From Paludibacteraceae bacterium (lineage in GTDB: Bacteria > Bacteroidota > Bacteroidia > Bacteroidales > Paludibacteraceae), in the NCBI GenBank assembly GCA_017464025.1, contig JAFUEI010000024.1:13070-77069 (forward strand): a DNA stretch of 64,000 nucleotides, read 5' to 3'. Below, one piece after another: positions 35,003 through 45,069 of the stretch. The notes under the pieces are model-generated. The model did no database searches and was not told where the DNA came from. It saw only the letters and a program-made list of their open reading frames with translations. Numbering within the stretch: the stretch's first letter is position 1; every line of letters begins with the position of its first letter. The translations under genes and the position numbers were made by a program.

Positions 35003-35773
35003 ATGAAAATCGTATCCTACAATCTGAACGGCATCCGTTCCGCCATGGGCAAAGGCCTCACCGGCTGGTTGCAGCAGGAGCAGCCTGATGTGCTGTGCGT
35101 GCAGGAAACCAAGGCACAGCCCGACCAGATCGACACACTCGCTCTGCGCGAAGCGGGCTACCCCTGGTGCTACATCCATTCGGCACAGAAGAAAGGCTAC
35201 AGCGGCGTGGCCATCTTCAGCAAGACCGAGCCCGACCGCGTGGTGGCAGGAATGCAGAACCCCGTCTATGATGCCGAAGGACGCGTACTGAGGGCCGACT
35301 TCGGCGACCTCACCGTCGTATGCGTCTATATCCCCAGCGGCACCACCGGTGATGTGCGCCAGCAGGTGAAGATGCAGTTTCTTGATGCATTCTACGACTT
35401 CATTCTTGCCCTTCGCCAGGAGCGGCCTAACGTCATCGTCTGCGGCGACTACAACATCTGCCACAAGCCCATTGACATCAACCACCCCGAGCGGCAGAAG
35501 GGGGTCAGCGGTTTCCTGCCCGAAGAGCGCGAGTGGATGGACAAATGGGAAGCCTCGGGCATGGTGGACTCCTTCCGTGTCTTCTCGCAAGCGGCCGAAC
35601 AATACTCGTGGTGGAGTTTCCGTTTTGGTGCCCGTGAGCGCAATGCAGGCTGGCGCATCGACTACCATTGGGTCAGCCTTCCTCTCCGCGACCGCCTCAA
35701 GACTGCACGCATCTGCACCGAGGCCGTCCATTCCGACCACTGCCCCGTCCTCGTGGAGGTGGAGAAGGCGTAA
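35003..35773 (+). CDS. xth: Exodeoxyribonuclease III
   Basis: MKIVSYNLNGIRSA...VLCVQETK...SDHCPV. The upstream part of ORF 34538.. is a shadow of the protease gene. Confidence 0.92.
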   Translation: MKIVSYNLNGIRSAMGKGLTGWLQQEQPDVLCVQETKAQPDQIDTLALREAGYPWCYIHSAQKKGYSGVAIFSKTEPDRVVAGMQNPVYDAEGRVLRADFGDLTVVCVYIPSGTTGDVRQQVKMQFLDAFYDFILALRQERPNVIVCGDYNICHKPIDINHPERQKGVSGFLPEEREWMDKWEASGMVDSFRVFSQAAEQYSWWSFRFGARERNAGWRIDYHWVSLPLRDRLKTARICTEAVHSDHCPVLVEVEKA

Positions 35774-35796
35774 CATACATTCAATCCTTTTAGCTG

Positions 35797-36591
35797 TTGA
35801 CAGTCTTTATGGAACGACAGGAAAGACAGGAAGAACTCATTCTGCGCACCGAGCATTTAGTGAAGCGCTATGGCAAGCGCACCGTGGTCAACGATGTGTC
35901 TATCGAGCTCCATCAGGGCGAGATTGTAGGTCTGCTCGGACCCAACGGTGCGGGCAAGACCACCACATTTTATATGACCACCGGTCTCATTACGGCCAAC
36001 CAAGGCCGTATCTTCCTCGGCGACGACGACATCACGGGCTACCCCATGTACCGCCGTGCACAGCGGGGCATCGGCTACCTGCCACAAGAAGCAAGCGTAT
36101 TCCGCAAGATGAGTGTGGAAGACAACCTCCGCGCCGTGCTTGAGATGACCGACTTCCCGAAAGACTATCAGAAAGAAAAACTGGAACAACTCATCAAGGA
36201 GTTCAACCTCGCACATGTACGCAAGAACCTCGGCGACCGCCTCTCCGGCGGTGAGCGGCGGCGTACTGAGATTGCACGCTGTCTGGCTATTGAGCCGCGG
36301 TTCGTTATGCTCGACGAGCCGTTTGCGGGAGTTGACCCAATCGCTGTACAGGAAATACAGGACGTTGTCTGGCGACTGAAAGACAAGAACATAGGTATCC
36401 TCATCACCGACCACAACGTGGACGAGACCCTCATGATTACCGACCGTGCCTACCTTCTCTTCGAGGGGCGTATTCTTTTCCATGGTACCCCCGAGGAGCT
36501 GGCGGCCAACCCTATCGTACGCAAGAACTATCTCGGTCGCGACTTCGAGCTCAAGAAGAAGACCCGTGCCGAAGACCAGCCTGCCGAATGA
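35797..36591 (+). CDS. lptB: LPS export ABC transporter ATP-binding protein LptB
   Basis: [39 protein letters not shown] and ITDHNV motifs are present. An alternative start is at 35809. Confidence 0.9.
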   Translation: MTVFMERQERQEELILRTEHLVKRYGKRTVVNDVSIELHQGEIVGLLGPNGAGKTTTFYMTTGLITANQGRIFLGDDDITGYPMYRRAQRGIGYLPQEASVFRKMSVEDNLRAVLEMTDFPKDYQKEKLEQLIKEFNLAHVRKNLGDRLSGGERRRTEIARCLAIEPRFVMLDEPFAGVDPIAVQEIQDVVWRLKDKNIGILITDHNVDETLMITDRAYLLFEGRILFHGTPEELAANPIVRKNYLGRDFELKKKTRAEDQPAE

Positions 36592-37586
36592 AGCGTATCG
36601 CGTTGCATATCATCCCCTGCCTGATTGCCCTCCTGCTGACGGCCTGCCATAGCGAGCCTGCCGAACTCGGTCTGTCCGTCAGCCGCTGTGCCGACTTGCC
36701 TGTGCCGCTTACGGCGGCGGCATCGTTCAGCATCGGCGGCAAGGCATACATTGCCTGCGGACGCTCCGACAAAAACGATTACACCAACCGTCTGTATGCC
36801 TACGACCCGCAAGCCGACAGCTGGACCGACCTTGGCAGCACGCCGCTCTCGCCGCGTGTCCGCGCACGGGCGGCGGTAGCTGACGAGCGGGTGTATATCG
36901 GTCTCGGATTCTGCGGGCGGGTACTCATCGACACGGCCTATTTGGCCGACTGGTGGTGTTGGAACCCTGCTGACGGTACCTGGCTGCAGCGCGCCGACTA
37001 CCCCTCCACCCGCACGGTCGGACCTGTCGTGAGTGCCGACGGACAGACCGTCTATGCCGCCTATGGCGGACAGCGCAACTACGAGCGCTGGGTGTTTCGC
37101 TACGACATCTCTTCCGACAGCTGGACCCGTCTTTACGACGGTCTGGACCGCATGGCCTCCTATCCGCCCCGTGCCCACAGTGTAGCCGGCTGCACGTGCG
37201 GCGGACGCCTCTTTGTCGGTACCGGCTATTTCCGCGACAGCGAAACCTTCTGGGCGGAAGCCGAGACCACAGGCGACAGCACGCTCGTGTGGCACCGCCG
37301 CGCTGCTGTGCCCGGCAAGCGGCATAATGCCGCCGCGCTGAGCGACGGGCGCTACATCTATCTCGCAGGCGGACGCTGCTTCGGCGGCACTGTCACCGTC
37401 GGCGGCATGTACGACGATGTGCTGCGCTACGACCCCGATACCGACACCTGGGTCCGTCTGTGCCGACTGCCCGACGGAGGGCGGGAGAACCTCTCGCTCT
37501 GGCTTATCGACGGCATCCTCTATGCGGGCGGCGGCTCCGACATCAACAACCGCCCCTGCCGCCAGCTCTATCGCATCACGCTCTGA
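36588..37586 (+). CDS. Kelch-repeat beta-propeller lipoprotein
   Basis: Lipobox LLLTACHSE. Repeated Kelch signatures are present ([55 protein letters not shown]). It has an ATGA overlap with lptB. Confidence 0.8.
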   Translation: MKRIALHIIPCLIALLLTACHSEPAELGLSVSRCADLPVPLTAAASFSIGGKAYIACGRSDKNDYTNRLYAYDPQADSWTDLGSTPLSPRVRARAAVADERVYIGLGFCGRVLIDTAYLADWWCWNPADGTWLQRADYPSTRTVGPVVSADGQTVYAAYGGQRNYERWVFRYDISSDSWTRLYDGLDRMASYPPRAHSVAGCTCGGRLFVGTGYFRDSETFWAEAETTGDSTLVWHRRAAVPGKRHNAAALSDGRYIYLAGGRCFGGTVTVGGMYDDVLRYDPDTDTWVRLCRLPDGGRENLSLWLIDGILYAGGGSDINNRPCRQLYRITL

Positions 37587-37587
37587 A

Positions 37588-39084
37588 ATGAAACGCCTGA
37601 CCCTCTACATATTGCTTCTGTTCAGTCCCGCCGCATGGGGCTGGTCGTGGTGGCCGCTCCCGATGGCGGAGCCCGACAACGGACGCGACACGCTGGCATG
37701 GTCGGCGGCACTCAGTGCTACGGCCGGCTATGGCACTTACTCGCCTTTCTTCATGCAATCCATGAGGCAGGGTTGCGTCAGTTCCGCCCCTTTCAGCGGC
37801 TCCGTCAGGGTGGCCGTTGAGAAGCCGGCCACCCGCCCTGCACGCTGGTTCGACTACGACATGGCAGCCGACATCACCGGCATCGTGCACAGCACACCGC
37901 AGGCTTTCGACCTCATGCCCAAGACGGGCTCTTTCCCTGTCCTCTACAGCCGTCATGCCGACTTCATCGTACAACGGCTCTATGCCCATGTGCGCCTTTA
38001 TATCGTTGATATCGCTGCCGGCGTGATGCCGCTCACCGACGACATGGACACACCCCTCGGATCAGGCAGCCTGCTCTTCTCGGCCAATGCCCCGTCCATG
38101 CCCGCCCTGCGCATCGGCTTCGACCGATGGACACCCGTGCCCGGGTTGTTCGGCTATTTAGAGCTGAAAGGTGCATTAGTGCATGCCTGGCTCACCGACA
38201 ATGCCTATACGCGGGGCTCGATGATTCACTATAAATACGCCGGTCTGCAAGTGGGAGGCCGCCTGCCCGTCAATATCTCTTATGAGTTTCATCATGCCGC
38301 ACAATGGGGCGGCTACAGTCCGGCCGGCACCGACCAAGGGAACGACCTGCCGTCTTTCTGGCGGGTGATGTTCGCACAATCGGGCGGAAGCACCTACAAC
38401 GAGAAGTTCAACGCCCTCGGCAACCATCTCGGCAGTCAGCAGCTTGCCCTCACGCTGAAAGGGAAAGGATGGAACTGCAAGATCTACTGGCAGAACTTCC
38501 TTGAGGACAACTTTGCCTTCCTTGGCAAGGGTCACAACCTGCCTGACGGGCGCTGGGGACTCACCGCTTCCCAGACCTATTGGCCCTACCTCAACCGTCT
38601 CACCCTTGAATATGTCTGCACAGCCGACCAGTCCGGTCCTATACACGACCAGGACGGCATCATCTATGCCGGCAACGACAGTTATTACCAGAACAGCGTC
38701 TTCCGGCAGGGCTGGAACTACTATCTGCGCTCGCTCGGCACACCCCTCATCACCGCACCCCTGTACAACACCGACGGCACCACCCAGACCCTCAACAGCC
38801 GCGTCAAAGCATGGCATCTCGGCCTTGGGGGCGACATCCTGGGCTTCCGCTATTCCTTCATGGCCTGCCATGTGCTCAACTATGGCAACTATACCGGCAA
38901 CCCCGACTGGCAGGCTCTGCAGAGCCGCAACACCGCCTTGCTGCTGGATGTACAGAAGACGGTTCCCCAAGCATGGGGACTCACCTTCGGCCTGCGCCTT
39001 GCCGCCGACTTCGGCACACAATGGGGCACGCAGGCCGGCGCTATGCTCACCATCTGCAAGCAAGGCCTCATTACCACCTACTGA
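37588..39084 (+). CDS. Outer-membrane protein, possibly capsule-assembly Wzi family
   Basis: 498 aa with signal peptide MKRLTLYILLLFSPAAWG and an aromatic/Gly-rich beta-barrel-like composition. The Wzi assignment comes from recollection only. The ATG is 1 nt after the Kelch stop. Confidence 0.55.
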   Translation: MKRLTLYILLLFSPAAWGWSWWPLPMAEPDNGRDTLAWSAALSATAGYGTYSPFFMQSMRQGCVSSAPFSGSVRVAVEKPATRPARWFDYDMAADITGIVHSTPQAFDLMPKTGSFPVLYSRHADFIVQRLYAHVRLYIVDIAAGVMPLTDDMDTPLGSGSLLFSANAPSMPALRIGFDRWTPVPGLFGYLELKGALVHAWLTDNAYTRGSMIHYKYAGLQVGGRLPVNISYEFHHAAQWGGYSPAGTDQGNDLPSFWRVMFAQSGGSTYNEKFNALGNHLGSQQLALTLKGKGWNCKIYWQNFLEDNFAFLGKGHNLPDGRWGLTASQTYWPYLNRLTLEYVCTADQSGPIHDQDGIIYAGNDSYYQNSVFRQGWNYYLRSLGTPLITAPLYNTDGTTQTLNSRVKAWHLGLGGDILGFRYSFMACHVLNYGNYTGNPDWQALQSRNTALLLDVQKTVPQAWGLTFGLRLAADFGTQWGTQAGAMLTICKQGLITTY

Positions 39085-39105
39085 CAACCCTACAGAACAC
39101 ACGAT

Positions 39106-39708
39106 ATGACGTTTACCGAACAATGCAACAGCATCTTCCGCACCGCCGTGGCGGACTATCACCGCACCGACAACGTGGATGCCCTGCAGCCTAACCCCTA
39201 CCCCGCAGGCACCATCGAGCACGCCCTCTATGAGAAGAACTGGATCGACACCGTGCAATGGCACCTCGAGGATATCATCCGCGACCCGCACATCAACCCC
39301 GATGAAGCCTTGGCCGTGAAGCGGCGCATCGACCGCAGCAACCAGGACCGTACCGACCTTGTGGAGCAAATCGACACCTATTTTCTCCGCCTGTATGAGG
39401 GCCTATCCCCTCTGCCCGATGCCCGGCTCAACACCGAAAGCCCCGCCTGGGCGATCGACCGCCTCAGCATCCTCCATGTCAAACTCTGGCACATGCGCGA
39501 ACAGACCTGCCGCACCGATGCCTCCGAAGAACATCTCGCCAAGTGCCGCGCCAAACTCGCGGTACTGACCGAGCAACTCACCGACCTGAGCACGGCTATC
39601 AGCCAGTTGCTTGACGACTATCAGAGCGGACGGCGCGTGATGAAGGTCTATCGGCAGATGAAGATGTACAACGACCCTACCCTCAACCCCGTGCTCTACA
39701 AGCAGTGA
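39106..39708 (+). CDS. DUF4254 domain protein
   Basis: 200 aa. EKNWIDTVQWHLEDIIRDP...RSNQDRTDLVEQID... It sits in the usual position directly before a GT9 gene. Confidence 0.7.
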   Translation: MTFTEQCNSIFRTAVADYHRTDNVDALQPNPYPAGTIEHALYEKNWIDTVQWHLEDIIRDPHINPDEALAVKRRIDRSNQDRTDLVEQIDTYFLRLYEGLSPLPDARLNTESPAWAIDRLSILHVKLWHMREQTCRTDASEEHLAKCRAKLAVLTEQLTDLSTAISQLLDDYQSGRRVMKVYRQMKMYNDPTLNPVLYKQ

Positions 39709-40685
39709 GACGCATCCTCGTCATACGCTTCTCCGCCCTCGGCGACACAGCCCTGCTGGTCCCCGTGGTTTGTGCCGCCGCCCGGGCTTATCCCGACCGG
39801 CAGTTCATCGTATTGTCGCAGGAGCGCTATGCCGGTTTGTGGCAGGGAATGCCCGCCAACGTGCGGTTCGCGGGAGCCGACCTGCACGGACGCCATCACG
39901 GGCGCAAAGGGTTGGACCGGCTGCTGCGCGAACAGCGACTCGGCCAGGCCGATGCCGTGGCCGATATGCACGGCGTATGGCGCAGCCGCTATCTCACCCT
40001 CCGTCTCCGTCTGCACGGTGCCGACGCGGCCGGAATACACAAACAGCGTCTCGCCCGCTTCCTGCTCACCCGTGGTCTGTGCCGCCGCCAACTCCCCACG
40101 GCCGTACAGCGTTATCTCGACGTGTTCTCCCGTCTCGGCATGCCGCTCGGCGAAGCCGACGTCAGGGCCGTTCTGCCCCCGCAAGGCAGCGGCGGGCGTC
40201 AGGGCATCGGCATCGCACCCTTTGCCGCACACCGCGGAAAGACCTACCCTGCAGAGCGGATGCAGACTGTGGTGCGTCTTCTTGCCGAACGCGGCGAACG
40301 TGTTGTCCTCTTCGGCGGACGCGGCGACGAACAGCGCCTGCTCGACAGCTGGGCCGCACAATACAACGGCGTGGAATCGGTTGCCGGACGCTTCACGCTG
40401 GCCGAAGAGATACAACTCATGCAGGGTCTGCGCCTTATGCTGACCATGGATTCGGCCAATATGCACCTCGCCTCGTTGGCCGGGACGCGCGTCGTCAGCA
40501 TCTGGGGAGCCACCCATCCGCTGGCAGGATTCCTCGGTTGCGGACAGCAACCGGCCGACTGCATCGGACGCGACGACCTGAACTGCCGTCCCTGCTCCGT
40601 CTATGGCAAACGGTCATGCCGCTACGGCGACTACCGCTGCTTGGACATCGCCGAGCAGACCATCGTAAGAAAACTGTATGACTGA
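39705..40685 (+). CDS. Glycosyltransferase family 9 (LPS heptosyltransferase-like)
   Basis: RILVIRFSALGDTALLVPVV...GIAPFAAHRGKTYP...MDSANMHLASLAG. It has a GTGA overlap with the previous gene. Confidence 0.85.
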   Translation: MRRILVIRFSALGDTALLVPVVCAAARAYPDRQFIVLSQERYAGLWQGMPANVRFAGADLHGRHHGRKGLDRLLREQRLGQADAVADMHGVWRSRYLTLRLRLHGADAAGIHKQRLARFLLTRGLCRRQLPTAVQRYLDVFSRLGMPLGEADVRAVLPPQGSGGRQGIGIAPFAAHRGKTYPAERMQTVVRLLAERGERVVLFGGRGDEQRLLDSWAAQYNGVESVAGRFTLAEEIQLMQGLRLMLTMDSANMHLASLAGTRVVSIWGATHPLAGFLGCGQQPADCIGRDDLNCRPCSVYGKRSCRYGDYRCLDIAEQTIVRKLYD

Positions 40686-41460
40686 ACTCGTCAACCCGGA
40701 ATACGTACACCTCGCACCGCTGCTGCGCAATCCTGAGCGGCTCGTTGCCGCAGGCCGCCTCATCCATAGCGGCCGCAACCGGCTCTATGCCTTCACCACC
40801 GGCGACGGCACGGCACTCTGCATCAAGCAGTACCGCGTTCCCAACCTGCTGAACCGCCTCGTCTATCGCTACCTCCGCCCGCCAAAGGGACTTCGTGCAT
40901 GGCGCAACAGCGATGCCCTACGCCGTGCAGGGTTTCTTTCGCCCGAGAACGTGGCCTATATTCAAGAGGACTCGCCGCTGGGCATCGGCCGCAACTGGTA
41001 TATCTCGCGCTGGCAGGACGGCGCTACCATCTACCGTTGGGGAGCCTTGCCGCTCCGCACACTTGCCCCGCAACTCGATGCCCTTGCCCATTGCGCAGCC
41101 CGCATGCACGAGGCCGGACTCCTGCTCACTGATTTCACACCCGGCAACATCCTGCTCACCACCGGCGGATTCTGTTTTGTGGACACCAACCGGATGCATC
41201 GCGGACGCATTGACATAGCCTGCGGATTGCGCTCCATGCGCGGACTCTGGCTGCAGCCCGAAGCGGCCGAACGGCTGGCTCTTGCCTATGCCGAGGCCAG
41301 AGGTGCGCACGACCCGCAGCAGTGGGCGGCCCGCTTCCTCTGTTGGCGCAAACGCTTCTGGCAACGGCGCATACACCGCAAACACCTTCCGCTCGAGATT
41401 GTACATACCGACATCGACGGCACGCAATACCGCTTCAACTTGCAGACCACCATCCAATGA
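40678..41460 (+). CDS. Lipopolysaccharide kinase (Kdo/WaaP/InaA) family protein
   Basis: 260 aa. HEAGLLLTDFTPGNILLTTGGFCFVDTNRM is a kinase catalytic-loop-like motif. It overlaps the GT9 gene by 8 nt. Confidence 0.7.
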   Translation: MTELVNPEYVHLAPLLRNPERLVAAGRLIHSGRNRLYAFTTGDGTALCIKQYRVPNLLNRLVYRYLRPPKGLRAWRNSDALRRAGFLSPENVAYIQEDSPLGIGRNWYISRWQDGATIYRWGALPLRTLAPQLDALAHCAARMHEAGLLLTDFTPGNILLTTGGFCFVDTNRMHRGRIDIACGLRSMRGLWLQPEAAERLALAYAEARGAHDPQQWAARFLCWRKRFWQRRIHRKHLPLEIVHTDIDGTQYRFNLQTTIQ

Positions 41461-42494
41461 AACACTACCTCCTTTTTGCCTCACACAGCTATGCCTTCAG
41501 CATCCTTCGTCCCTTGCAGGAAGAAATCCGTCGGCGGGGCGACGAAGCCGCCTGGTGGCTTGAATACAGCTGCCCTGACCTGCTCCGCCCCGACGAGCGC
41601 CGTCTGAGCAACCTGCGCGAGGTGCGCGCCTTCGCCCCTCTCGCCGTCATCGCCCCTGGCAATTGGGTCTATCCGTTCTTCCCGGGTGTCAAGGTGGAGG
41701 TGTTCCATGGCTACCCCATGCGCAAGCGCATCGAGGCGGTGGACGACCATTTCACGCTGCGCGGCTGGTGGGATATCTATTGCACCCAAGGCCCCAGCAG
41801 CACGCCCGTGTTCAACCGGCTGGCCGACAGCAACGGCTGGTTTGCCGTCTATGAGACCGGCTGGTGCAAGGTGGACAGTTTCCGTCTTGCCGCTCCCGAA
41901 CCGGAGCGCAAACGGCCTTGCATACTCTATGCACCCACCTTCAGCCGCGGCATCTCGTCCGTATGGGAGATGCCCGACACCCTTGAGCGGTTGGCCCGCA
42001 CCATGCCGTGGGATTGGATTGTCACCTTCCACCCGCTCATCACCGACCCGCAACTTATCCGGCGCTACGAAGAGCTTGCCCGCCGTTGCCCCAACGTCCG
42101 ATTCAGCCGCATCAACGAGGGCATCAAGACCTTTCGCCAGACTGACCTACTGCTATGCGACAGCAGCAGCCTTATCGTGGAATACCTTATGACCGGCAAA
42201 CCTGTTGTCACACTGCGCAATACGCATCCAGGTCCCTATCTGCTGGATGTGCAGACACCCGAAGAGATTGGCCCTGCCATCAGCACAGCGCTTGCCCGAC
42301 CGCAACAACTGATGACCGAGATAGAACGCTATACCTCTTTCCATGAGGTCCACCACGACGGCCGCAACTCCGCCCGTGTGCTCGATGCCATCGATGATTT
42401 CATTCAGCACAAGCAGGCTTCCATGCGCCGCAAACCCCTCAACCTCTGGCGTAAAGCGCAGATGCTGGTCCGCTACCTGAAAAGCAGGAAATAG
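41457..42494 (+). CDS. CDP-glycerol glycerophosphotransferase (TagB/TagF) family protein
   Basis: 345 aa. ILYAPTFSRG...DLLLCDSSSLIVEYLMTGKPVV. It has an ATGA overlap with the kinase gene. Confidence 0.65.
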   Translation: MKHYLLFASHSYAFSILRPLQEEIRRRGDEAAWWLEYSCPDLLRPDERRLSNLREVRAFAPLAVIAPGNWVYPFFPGVKVEVFHGYPMRKRIEAVDDHFTLRGWWDIYCTQGPSSTPVFNRLADSNGWFAVYETGWCKVDSFRLAAPEPERKRPCILYAPTFSRGISSVWEMPDTLERLARTMPWDWIVTFHPLITDPQLIRRYEELARRCPNVRFSRINEGIKTFRQTDLLLCDSSSLIVEYLMTGKPVVTLRNTHPGPYLLDVQTPEEIGPAISTALARPQQLMTEIERYTSFHEVHHDGRNSARVLDAIDDFIQHKQASMRRKPLNLWRKAQMLVRYLKSRK

Positions 42495-42557
42495 ACAACT
42501 CTCCAATTTATCAATTCACCAGTTCCACAAATCATCAATTCCACAATTCCCCCTCCC
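42495..42557 (+). repeat. G-poor CA-rich spacer (TCAATTCACCAGTTCCACAAATCATCAATTCCACAATTCCCCC)
   Basis: Same unit family as 22179-22233. It ends in TTCCCCCTCCC immediately before the TTG start. Confidence 0.8.
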
Positions 42558-43973
42558 TTGCCCGACCTCATCCTCTCCATATTGAGCCTCACGCTGTTCG
42601 TTCCCTTCCTGCGGGAGACGCTCCGCCGCCGCTGGACCCGTTCTTCGTGGAGCGGTCAGTTGCTTCTTGCTACCGTCTCGCTGGAGCTGACAGCCACGAT
42701 GTATATCCCGTCTGTCACCTATATCGCAGGTGGCCTTATTGCCGTTGCAGCTGCCGTGTATGCTCTCCGTTGCCGCCGCCTGCCGCAGGCTACGCCCCTG
42801 CTCATCATTGCCCTGCTCTACACCGGTTGGTTTGCCCTCTCTCTGTGTTGGTCTGCCGTTCCGCGCAAAGGCCTGCTCGTGCTGGTGGACAACTGTCTGC
42901 CGCTGCTGGTGGCGGGCGTAGCCGGAGGTATGTGCCGGCAGGTCTTGGCTGACAATAAGAGCGAAGGAGCACGGCAAGCCGCAGGCAATACAGTGGAGGC
43001 CATGCTCCGCACCTTCGCCCTGACGGCCTGCATCTTCGTAGCCTTGGCCGTAGCCTCTTGGCTTGTCACTTGTGCCGAAATCCGTCTGCGCCCCTGGCAC
43101 TGGCCTGTGCTGGACAAGACACGTGTGGCAGGCTTCTTCCCCTACCATTGGGTGTACCGCTTCCTTGGCGGACATATCGGCGGCTACGTGCACCCTTCCT
43201 ACAACCTGCTCCCCATCTTCGCCGCCACGGCAGGTGCCGTATGGTTGCGTTTCCGCAAAGCTTCCGGAGGAGCCCTTTGGTCTGTCCTGTACGCCGGTTG
43301 TCTGCTTCTCACCCTGCTCACACAGTCCCGTATGGGGATTATCTATTCGGCCATCCTTGCCGCCTATGCGCTCATCCTCCTCCAGCCTTCCCGTAGCCGC
43401 CGTCTTGTTGCGGCAGCGGTCATGCTCGTGACGGCCGTAGCGGTAGCGGTCTGTCTGCACGGCCGGATCGTGCAATACGGCAGCGACCCGACACGCGAGT
43501 TCCTCATCTCGCGCACGTGGCAATATATCCGTCTCAAGCCCTTCACAGGAGCCGGGGCTGGAGCCCTCAACCCCGTGGAGATATGCCACACCACGGGTGA
43601 ACTCTACTGGCCGCATATAGGCTATATCGACCCCGCACGGGCGGTGGACGACTGGCCCTACAAAGCGCACATGATGCCGCACAACCAGTGGCTCGCCGAC
43701 TGGGCCCATGCCGGACTTGTTGCCGCCCTGCTCGCGCTGATGCTCTACGCCTGCGTCCTGACGGAGGCTGTAAGAAAACGTTGTTGGTGGGGATTGTGTT
43801 TTATGCTCGTCTTCACGGTCTTCTCCCTGCTGGAGCCGCCGCTCTATATCGGTAAGGGGCTTTACCTCTTCTGCACCGTCTGCATCCTTGTTTTTGCCGC
43901 CCCGAGCACATCAAAGTGCCAAGCGATGCCCAAGCGCAACTCGTGCCAGGGCGAGTCGACTATGCCCCATTGA
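42558..43973 (+). CDS. O-antigen ligase (Wzy_C) family membrane protein
   Basis: 471 aa with more than 10 TM segments and a periplasmic loop GAGAGALNP...HMMPHNQWLADWAHAGL typical of O-antigen ligase-like proteins. The TTG start is uncertain. Confidence 0.7.
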   Translation: MPDLILSILSLTLFVPFLRETLRRRWTRSSWSGQLLLATVSLELTATMYIPSVTYIAGGLIAVAAAVYALRCRRLPQATPLLIIALLYTGWFALSLCWSAVPRKGLLVLVDNCLPLLVAGVAGGMCRQVLADNKSEGARQAAGNTVEAMLRTFALTACIFVALAVASWLVTCAEIRLRPWHWPVLDKTRVAGFFPYHWVYRFLGGHIGGYVHPSYNLLPIFAATAGAVWLRFRKASGGALWSVLYAGCLLLTLLTQSRMGIIYSAILAAYALILLQPSRSRRLVAAAVMLVTAVAVAVCLHGRIVQYGSDPTREFLISRTWQYIRLKPFTGAGAGALNPVEICHTTGELYWPHIGYIDPARAVDDWPYKAHMMPHNQWLADWAHAGLVAALLALMLYACVLTEAVRKRCWWGLCFMLVFTVFSLLEPPLYIGKGLYLFCTVCILVFAAPSTSKCQAMPKRNSCQGESTMPH

Positions 43974-44830
43974 TAAGTGGCAAACGGCTCCCATTCTCCT
44001 GTTTTTCCGAGGTCGCCCGCGCGGCCGCCGAGGCGTATGCGCAGCACCATCGGGCGGTCGCCCTCTTTCTCCCATCCGGCATAGCCTGCATAGTCGGCCG
44101 TCAGCACTATCCGACGCCAGCCGGCCTGCAACCGCGCTCCGTACATCACGGCATCGTTCTGCCGTCCGTTGTCGGTCTGCCAGCACAAGAAACCTGCCGT
44201 AGCGGCTATACGCAGACGGAAGTCGGCCGGCAGGCGGAACGTCTTGCCGAGGCCGAGGTCGAACCAGTATCCCGGACTGTCGTAATACCGTGCCAGGTCG
44301 TAGTTGCCGCCCGAGGCCGTTCTTAGTGCCGCCCGCAGCGCGATACCCGGCACTTTCGGCCGCTCCCGCAGCACCACTATCTCAGTGCTTACATATACGT
44401 CGCCCGCACCGTGTCCGCTCCGCCCGCGCTCGTCCGTCAGACGGCATTCCTGCATCCGCCGGTCCGTGTTGCGCCACCATTCCATCACCGGCATCTCCAC
44501 CACCAGAGCCGCCCTGTCCGTGAACAGCGGCAGCCTGATACAGCCGTGCAGCGTGGCCGTCCGGTCGCCGGCATAGCCGAAAGCGCCTGAGCCTGCCAGT
44601 TCTGCACGCAGGTTGCCCGAGGCGGCAGCGTCAAGCAACTCGGGCACCGCAAAGGCATTCGGCCCGAACCAGGCAGGTGCTATCCGCGTGCCCACCGAGA
44701 GCGGGGGATACACCAACGGCGTCTGGGCCCGCACTCCGCCGGCAAACAACAGCAGCAGAAGCCCTGTGTGCAGGGCGGAACACCTCTTGAAGAGGCCCTT
44801 GGTCTTTATAAGATACAGATGCAGCACCAT
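43862..44830 (-). CDS. Putative outer-membrane beta-barrel protein (unknown function)
   Basis: 322 aa with signal-like LLLLLFAGGVRAQ and alternating beta-strand patterning. The barrel-terminal ...LGIAWHF is followed by 16 extra residues. Confidence 0.6.
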   Translation of the reverse strand: MVLHLYLIKTKGLFKRCSALHTGLLLLLFAGGVRAQTPLVYPPLSVGTRIAPAWFGPNAFAVPELLDAAASGNLRAELAGSGAFGYAGDRTATLHGCIRLPLFTDRAALVVEMPVMEWWRNTDRRMQECRLTDERGRSGHGAGDVYVSTEIVVLRERPKVPGIALRAALRTASGGNYDLARYYDSPGYWFDLGLGKTFRLPADFRLRIAATAGFLCWQTDNGRQNDAVMYGARLQAGWRRIVLTADYAGYAGWEKEGDRPMVLRIRLGGRAGDLGKTGEWEPFATYQWGIVDSPWHELRLGIAWHFDVLGAAKTRMQTVQKR

Positions 44831-44895
44831 GACATGGTCTTGTGGTCATCCGCGGAAAGGCGGTTCCGCCCCGCCTGCGCTACCACGATTGGCTG

Positions 44896-44903
44896 CAAAG
44901 GTA
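44896..44903 (-). promoter_or_regulatory. -7 box (minus strand TACCTTTGCAGCC) for the 43862..44830 gene
   Basis: Plus-strand CAAAGGTA at 44896-44903, about 65 nt upstream of the minus-strand ATG. Confidence 0.5.
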
Positions 44904-44975
44904 CGTTCTTTTTTTCACATTGCCAACAACAAAAGCAACAAACACCCTCCCGATGAGACGAGGTGCTTCTGCCAT

Positions 44976-45007
44976 TTTGGCAGTATCAGCTTTTATTTGT
45001 AACTTTG
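44976..45007 (+). promoter_or_regulatory. Promoter (-33 TTTG / -7 TAACTTTG) for the sigma-54 activator operon
   Basis: TTTG at 44976-44979 and TAACTTTG at 45000-45007, with a 20-nt spacer. Confidence 0.6.
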
Positions 45008-45069
45008 CAGCGTGTTAGAAATCCACGATAAACAGGACGACTGCATAACCCGTTTTCCATTGACAAGCC

